The position numbers and the translations under genes were made by a program. The notes beneath the pieces were generated by a model. That model was not told the origin of the DNA, made no database searches, and saw nothing but the letters and a program-made list of their open reading frames with translations. 64,000 nt of DNA from a bacterium (GTDB lineage Bacteria > UBA8248), in the NCBI GenBank assembly GCA_965219955.1, contig OZ244799.1:3936001-4000000 (forward strand), written 5' to 3'. Below, one piece after another: positions 59,101 through 64,000 of the stretch (within the stretch, counting starts at the first letter, position 1; each line of letters starts with the position of its first letter).

Positions 59101-62100
59101 GTCCGCCGGCGGCGAAATCACCTTCGAGACCGAAGTGCTCCCTTCTGATCCGGCGTGGCTGAACGACCACCGGGTGTTCGGCCGGGTCATTGCGCCGGGC
59201 GCGCTCTATGGTGCGATGGCGGTATCGGCGTCCACCGCCGAGGGAAGCGGCTCGATGGTCATCGAGGAGATGCAGTTCCATAACGCGCTGATCTTCGGGG
59301 AAGAAAATTCAGAGAACGGCGGCGAGGGGCGGGAAATGCAGGTTCTGCTCGAGGCGCCGGGGGAGGAGCCCTCGCGTCTCGTCCGGATATTCAGCAAGGG
59401 AGAGGCCGAGGAGGGTTGGACGCTGCATGCGGAGTGCCGAGCGCCCTCGGAAGCGGGCGGACGGCAAGCACCGGAGCAGGTGGATTTGGAAGGCCTGAAG
59501 GCCGCCCTTTCGCCCGAGGACGTGCCGGCGTATTACCGCGCCAAGGCGAATGTGGGGATCGATCTCGGCCCATCGCTCCGCACGCTGGGGTCGGTCTGGT
59601 CCCGGACGGGCGAGGCGCTGGGTGAAATTTGCTTCCCCGAAGCCCTCGGCGCGAACGGCCTCGACGTGCACCCTCTCCTTCTCGACGGCTGCTTTCAGGT
59701 CATGGGGGCGGCGCGCAATCCGGGCGGGGCCGAAGACGGAATCACCTACCTGCCGTTCGGCTGGGAGCGGCTGTGGCTGGCGGAGAGGCTGCCGGACAGG
59801 CTTCTCTGCCACGTGCGCATGCGGGAGACCCCGAGCAGTCAGGAAACCGACGCTGAAACGGGCGGATCGCAGGAGGTCTTCGTGGGCGATTTCCGCCTCT
59901 ACGATGAGAACGGGGCGCTGATCGGCGAGTTGAGCGGGTTCATGGTGAAGCGCGCGACGCGGGCGGCGCTGCTCTCGGCGGTGGAAGGGCTGGACGATCT
60001 TCTCTACGAGGTCGTCTGGCGCGAGAGCGCCCTCCCGCAGGGAATCCAGCCCGCGGATTTCCTCCCGAGTCCGGGGGAGGTCGCAGAGAGTTGGGGACTG
60101 TTTTCCGACTACCTGGCGGCGGAAGGAGTCGATGCCGGGGTGCGGCCCGCCTTGATGGCGGATCTCTCGCGCATGGCGCGGCATTTTGCGCTCGCGGCCC
60201 TGGAGAAGCTCGGATGGGAGCGGAAGGCGGGCGAGGCCGTGGATTCGGAAGATTTGCGGGAGCGCCTGGGGGTCCGGGAGGAACACGGCCAACTGTTCCG
60301 CCGGATGCTGGAGATACTGGCGAAGTCGGGCGTTCTTCAGGCGGAGGGCGAAGGCTTCCTCGTCGCCGTAGGGAATGGTGAGCCCTTGCCGGAGGGAATA
60401 CCGGGGGAACCCGAGCAGTTCGCGGCGCAAGTAATCGAGCGTTACGCTTACGCTTCCAACGAGATCGGGCTGTTCCGCAGGAGCGCGGGCGCGCTGGCGG
60501 AAGTGCTGCGCGGCGAGGAGGATCCGCTCTCGCTCCTGTTCGGCAGCGGAGAACCGAGCGCCGCGGACCTCTACTTCAAGGCGCCGTTGTGGCGGGCGGC
60601 GAACAAGATGCTGGGAGACGCCACAAGGACGCTCGTGGCCGGTTTGCCCGAAGGACGGCGCTTGCGGGTCATCGAGGTCGGGGCGGGCACGGGGTCGGCG
60701 ACCGAATCCGTCCTGCCCGAGCTTCCAGAAGGGCGTTTCGACTACACCTACACGGACATCTCGGCGGGCTTCTTCGCGCAGGCGGAGGGGCTGTTCGGGG
60801 ACGGCGGCGGGTGTATCGAGTACCGTGTGCTGGATATCGAAAAAGACCCGTTGGAGCAGGGCTTCGACTCCCACGGCTATGATCTGGTGATTGCCTCGAA
60901 CGTGCTGCACGCCACGCGCTACCTGGAGGAAACGCTCACGCACTGCCGGAGCCTTCTCGCGCCCTCGGGACATCTCGTGGCGCTCGAGAACCTTTCTGGC
61001 CAGGACTGGCTGGATATGACTTTCGGGCAACTGGACGGCTGGTGGCGGTTCTCGGACGAGTGCCGCCCCACCTACGCCCTGGCGGGGCCGGACGTATGGC
61101 GGGGGTCCCTCGATGCCGCGGGTTTCGAGGGCGTGGAGATTCTGGGAGTTGGCGGGTCCGGCTCCGCAGAGATGCCGGACAGGGGCGTGATTCTGGGGCA
61201 ACAGACCGAGGAGGTGGCCGAGCGTCCCGGTGTCTGGATTCTGGCGGCGGACCGAGGCGGTACGGCAGAGGCGTTGGCCTCGGAGCTGGCCGCGCGCAAC
61301 CAGACGGTCGTGCTGGCTGGCGAAGCGGGTTCGACGGACGGGGGTCCTCCGGACGAAATACCCGGAGTCATCCATACGACTCTTGAGATGGATAGCCGCG
61401 AATCCTGGGGAGCGCTGCTCGAAGGCCTGCCAGGAGATGCGCCGCTCGGCGGCGTCGCGCATTTCGCCGCGCTCGACGGCCACGGACCCGATGCGACGAC
61501 CGGGGAGATGGCGGAGGACGTGAAACGGGCGGGGGCGAGCGCACTGGCGCTGGCGCAGGGGCTCCTGGACGCAGACGCGGCGCCCGGGAAGGGTTTCTGG
61601 TTCCTCACGCGGGGCGCGCAGGTGCTGGAGCGCGAACGCGGCGGAGAGCTCGCGGGCGCGACGCTGTGGGGTTTCGGAAAAGCGATGTCCCGGGAGGCTT
61701 CCCGGATGCAGCCGAAAATGCTTGATCTGGATCCCGAGCCTACGGCGCCGCCCGCAGACCTCGCCAATGAACTGCTCTACCCCGACGCGGAAAACCAAAT
61801 CGTCCACCGTGGCGACAGGCGTCGCGTTGCCCGCCTGGTCCGGGCCGGCGAGGGGGTGGAGCGGCTGGCCTTGCCCGAAGAGCCGGACTGGCTGCTGGGC
61901 GTCGGCGAAGACGGCGCGCTCAGCGGGCTGCAGGCAGAGCCGCCGCCGCTGGAACCGAGAGAAGTTCGCTTGGGCATAGAGGCCGCCGGGCTCAACTTCT
62001 GGGACGTGTTCGCGGCGCTCGGCCTGATTGACGAAAAATTCCTGGGCACGGAGATGTGCGGCCATATCCTCGAGGTGGGCTCCGAGGTATCGAGCGTTTC

Positions 62101-64000
62101 GGTGGGCGACCGCGTGGTCGGCGTGAAGCGCGGCACGCGCGGCATGTTCGGACCGGAATCCGTGACGCATGAGGAATTGGTGGCGCCCGCTCCGGCGGAA
62201 TTGTCGGCCACGGCGCTCGCCACGATGCCGACGGTGTTCCTGTCCGCGGCGCTGTCCTATGAACTCGCGGGGTTGAAAGCCGGTGACCGGGTGCTGATCC
62301 ACGCGGGCGCGGGCGGCGTGGGCCTGGCGGCCATCCAACTGGCGCAGGCGGCGGGAGCGGAAGTGTTCGCGACGGCGAGCGCGCCGAAACAGGCCTATCT
62401 CCGCTCGCTGGGCGTGGAGCACGTGTTCGACAGCCGCCAGACGAAATTCGGTGAGGAGATCCTCGAGGCCACGGGCGGCGAAGGCGTCGACCTGATCCTG
62501 AACAGCCTCACGGCGGAGGGCTATATCGAGGCGAGCCTGTCGTGTCTGGCGCATGGCGGCCGGTTCGTGGAACTGGCGGCGCGGGACATTCTGAGCGAGG
62601 AGGAGATGGCGGCCGTACGGCCGGACGTTGCCTATTACATCGTGAAGCTCGACGCCATGAAGGAGGATGAACCGGAGCGGCCGGGCGCTTTGCTGAAGGA
62701 CGTCATGGCGCGGCTGGCGGCGGGAGAACTGACGCCGCTCGTCCACACCAGGTGGCCGCTGAGTGAGGCGAGGCAGGCTGTCGAGTATATGCGCGACGGC
62801 CGGCACATCGGGAAGATCATCTTTGCGAATTCGCCGCTCGCCAGGGGCCGCTTGCGCGAAGACAGGACCTACCTCGTGACCGGCGGTCTGGGCGGCATCG
62901 GTTGCGCCGTGGCCGACTGGCTCGCGGAGCGCGGCGCCGGGACGATCGTGCTGAACGGGCGGCGGCCCCCGGATCCGGAGGTCGAGGAGGCAATCGAATC
63001 GCTGCGCAGGCGCGGGTTCACGGTGCGGGTGGAACTCGCGGACGTGACGGACCCGGACGCGGTGGACGAGATGCTGGCGCGGATGGATGCGGATTTGCCG
63101 CCTTTGGGCGGCGTGATCCACAGCGTGGGGGTGCTTTCGGACGGCGCGCTCGGGAACCAGAGCTGGGAGCGGTTCGAGGGGGTGCTTTGGCCGAAGGTGC
63201 TGGGCGCGTGGCACCTGCACCGCGCGACGCTTGATCGCGATCTGGACATGTTCGTCCTCTTCTCGAGCGTGGCGGGCGTGCTGGGCAATCCGGGCCAGTC
63301 GAACCACGCGGCGGCCAACGCGTTCCTGGATCAACTCGCCGCCCACCGCCGGGCGCTGGGGCTCCCGGGCCAGTCCATCGCATGGGGCGCGTGGTCGGAG
63401 ATTGGCGAAGCCGAGGAGCAGCGGGAGAGAATCTCCAAAAATATCGCGGTGACGGGAGTCGGCTGGATGACGCCGCAGCAGGGACTCAGGGCATTCGACC
63501 GGCTGGTCCGCGAGGACGCCGCGAATTCCATGGTTCTGGCGAGGGATTGGTCTGTATTCGAAAAGACCCTGGATAACATTCCCCCGTTTTTCGAAGACCT
63601 GCTTATCCACGCTCAAGACGCAGAAGCCGACTCCCCCTCCCTGGCGGACGACCTGATAGCCCGTCTGGCGGAGACGCCCGCGGCGGAGCGCGAGGCCTTG
63701 CTGGTGTCGTTCCTGCAGCAGGAACTGCAGGCGGTGCTTCGGCTGCCGGGCGCGCCCGAACCCACGGTGGGATTTTTCGATCTGGGCATGGACTCGCTCA
63801 TGGCCGTAGAGCTGCGCAACCGGCTGAACCGCGCGTTCACGGACGCCTATACGGCCCCGAACACCGTGGTGTTCGACTATCCCGACATCGCGGTGCTCGC
63901 CCGTCATCTGGCCGGTGAACTCGGCGACCTCGGGGAGGTCGCCCCCGCGTCCGCCCCGCAGGAACAACCCGAGCCGGAGCGGCGGCCTAAGGCGCCGCGC
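56153..64000 (+). CDS. supA: type I PKS, SupA-like (KS-AT-DH-MT-ER-KR-ACP...), runs off the window end
   Basis: RBS GGAGGAG + TTG 56153; EPIAIVGMACRFP, DTACSSS, GHSVGE, DHRVFGRVIAP, IEVGAGTG, IHAGAGGVG, VTGGLGGIG and DLGMDSL; checked points share one frame. Confidence 0.88.
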   Translation, partial: MKHSDGNFDPSEKTENGAPVTSRPAEPIAIVGMACRFPNAVGIPAFWRLLEAGENAVTEGVPGSGVGRVGVLFPDAGVQSDACRFGAYLDEIDRFDAAFFRISPVEAHLLDPQQRLMLETSWRALEDAGMDPERLRGSRTGVYGGVSNNEYRSLIMDVSDTAEPATSLYTVSGTSFNTAVGRVSFALGLEGPAIALDTACSSSLVAVHQAVAGLQRREADLALAGGVHTILSGRLLELRGNAGMLSPDGRCATFDAAANGYVRGEGCGIVALKRLAEAEADGDRIWGVIRGSAINQDGASPGLTVPSGPAQERVIAAALAQAGIQPHEVDYLEAHGTGTEVGDPIELEAAAAAYGKGRDAGRPLLIGSVKTNIGHLESSAGVAGLIKATLALKQGVVPRHLHFREPTPAVDWERMSLQVAAEATEWPRHPGHPPRAGVSGFGWSGTNAHVIVERYEGPAGDSTVGSMVEPAGSALPVTVSLPEALADPPPAEDGPGARETRLLPLSGKSEGALRELAGRYLSWLDERGEEFASQSAASEPLLSDMAWTAAVGRSHFTHRAGLLFDDAARLRERLNALAEGVDPPEPGTAARVAFLFTGQGSQWVGMGRDLYESEPVARAVLDRCEEVARATRGASLLDVMFAQGGGDLYDTVWAQPAIYALECAVTALWASLGVRPDVVVGHSVGEFGAAHTAGVFGLEDGMRAVMGRSEILASVPEAGTMAAVFAPYSIVEEAVRAYNESAGSERLAIAARNGAHQVLSGQVSAVEAVSQRFEAEEVRVRPIHTSQAFHSPLVEPVLDTLESLFGGFEISAASRTTLVSNVTGRVVEPDEILGGAYWRRHAREAVAFDLGVRTLANLGVDLVVEVGPHAVLGPMLSFAWPGPDDGADAAGVDVEAPRVLASLQRPSQDEGASADELETGFMGAVAGAYEAGVDLSFEGLFAGESRRRISLPGYPFQRERFWVEGPKRRRQSAGHPLLGERHESAGGEITFETEVLPSDPAWLNDHRVFGRVIAPGALYGAMAVSASTAEGSGSMVIEEMQFHNALIFGEENSENGGEGREMQVLLEAPGEEPSRLVRIFSKGEAEEGWTLHAECRAPSEAGGRQAPEQVDLEGLKAALSPEDVPAYYRAKANVGIDLGPSLRTLGSVWSRTGEALGEICFPEALGANGLDVHPLLLDGCFQVMGAARNPGGAEDGITYLPFGWERLWLAERLPDRLLCHVRMRETPSSQETDAETGGSQEVFVGDFRLYDENGALIGELSGFMVKRATRAALLSAVEGLDDLLYEVVWRESALPQGIQPADFLPSPGEVAESWGLFSDYLAAEGVDAGVRPALMADLSRMARHFALAALEKLGWERKAGEAVDSEDLRERLGVREEHGQLFRRMLEILAKSGVLQAEGEGFLVAVGNGEPLPEGIPGEPEQFAAQVIERYAYASNEIGLFRRSAGALAEVLRGEEDPLSLLFGSGEPSAADLYFKAPLWRAANKMLGDATRTLVAGLPEGRRLRVIEVGAGTGSATESVLPELPEGRFDYTYTDISAGFFAQAEGLFGDGGGCIEYRVLDIEKDPLEQGFDSHGYDLVIASNVLHATRYLEETLTHCRSLLAPSGHLVALENLSGQDWLDMTFGQLDGWWRFSDECRPTYALAGPDVWRGSLDAAGFEGVEILGVGGSGSAEMPDRGVILGQQTEEVAERPGVWILAADRGGTAEALASELAARNQTVVLAGEAGSTDGGPPDEIPGVIHTTLEMDSRESWGALLEGLPGDAPLGGVAHFAALDGHGPDATTGEMAEDVKRAGASALALAQGLLDADAAPGKGFWFLTRGAQVLERERGGELAGATLWGFGKAMSREASRMQPKMLDLDPEPTAPPADLANELLYPDAENQIVHRGDRRRVARLVRAGEGVERLALPEEPDWLLGVGEDGALSGLQAEPPPLEPREVRLGIEAAGLNFWDVFAALGLIDEKFLGTEMCGHILEVGSEVSSVSVGDRVVGVKRGTRGMFGPESVTHEELVAPAPAELSATALATMPTVFLSAALSYELAGLKAGDRVLIHAGAGGVGLAAIQLAQAAGAEVFATASAPKQAYLRSLGVEHVFDSRQTKFGEEILEATGGEGVDLILNSLTAEGYIEASLSCLAHGGRFVELAARDILSEEEMAAVRPDVAYYIVKLDAMKEDEPERPGALLKDVMARLAAGELTPLVHTRWPLSEARQAVEYMRDGRHIGKIIFANSPLARGRLREDRTYLVTGGLGGIGCAVADWLAERGAGTIVLNGRRPPDPEVEEAIESLRRRGFTVRVELADVTDPDAVDEMLARMDADLPPLGGVIHSVGVLSDGALGNQSWERFEGVLWPKVLGAWHLHRATLDRDLDMFVLFSSVAGVLGNPGQSNHAAANAFLDQLAAHRRALGLPGQSIAWGAWSEIGEAEEQRERISKNIAVTGVGWMTPQQGLRAFDRLVREDAANSMVLARDWSVFEKTLDNIPPFFEDLLIHAQDAEADSPSLADDLIARLAETPAAEREALLVSFLQQELQAVLRLPGAPEPTVGFFDLGMDSLMAVELRNRLNRAFTDAYTAPNTVVFDYPDIAVLARHLAGELGDLGEVAPASAPQEQPEPERRPKAPR

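Noticed and set aside
59309-63967. 1552-aa and 786-aa (56162-58522) minus-strand ORFs
   Set aside because: They are antisense shadows of the GC-rich PKS frame and show no recognisable motifs.

Overview
This is a GC-rich bacterial chromosome window, probably from a marine or sponge-associated bacterium (inferred from a SupA-type PKS). It holds accessory catabolic genes, a HipA-like kinase/HIRAN pair, tRNA-Ser(GGA), the SRP RNA-dnaX-ybaB-recR block, two ABC transporter clusters, a 2-hydroxyisobutyryl-CoA mutase operon (hcmB-ligase-meaH-hcmA), an atypical nap-like molybdoenzyme operon and the 5' 7.8 kb of a type I PKS. Several families of nested palindromic repeats fill the intergenic regions. 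The best hidden signal is a two-gene candidate selenoprotein operon at 23382-24414. An OsmC-like gene and a DUF442/PTP-fold gene each have an in-frame TGA exactly at the family's catalytic Cys, each followed by a SECIS-like hairpin; the ORF track shows them only as broken pieces. A second hidden signal is a ~170-nt transcription unit at ~14629-14836 (minus strand) with a perfect 16-nt complement of the 16S 3' end and a 12-codon ORF. All calls come from reading motifs by eye; no database searches were run.
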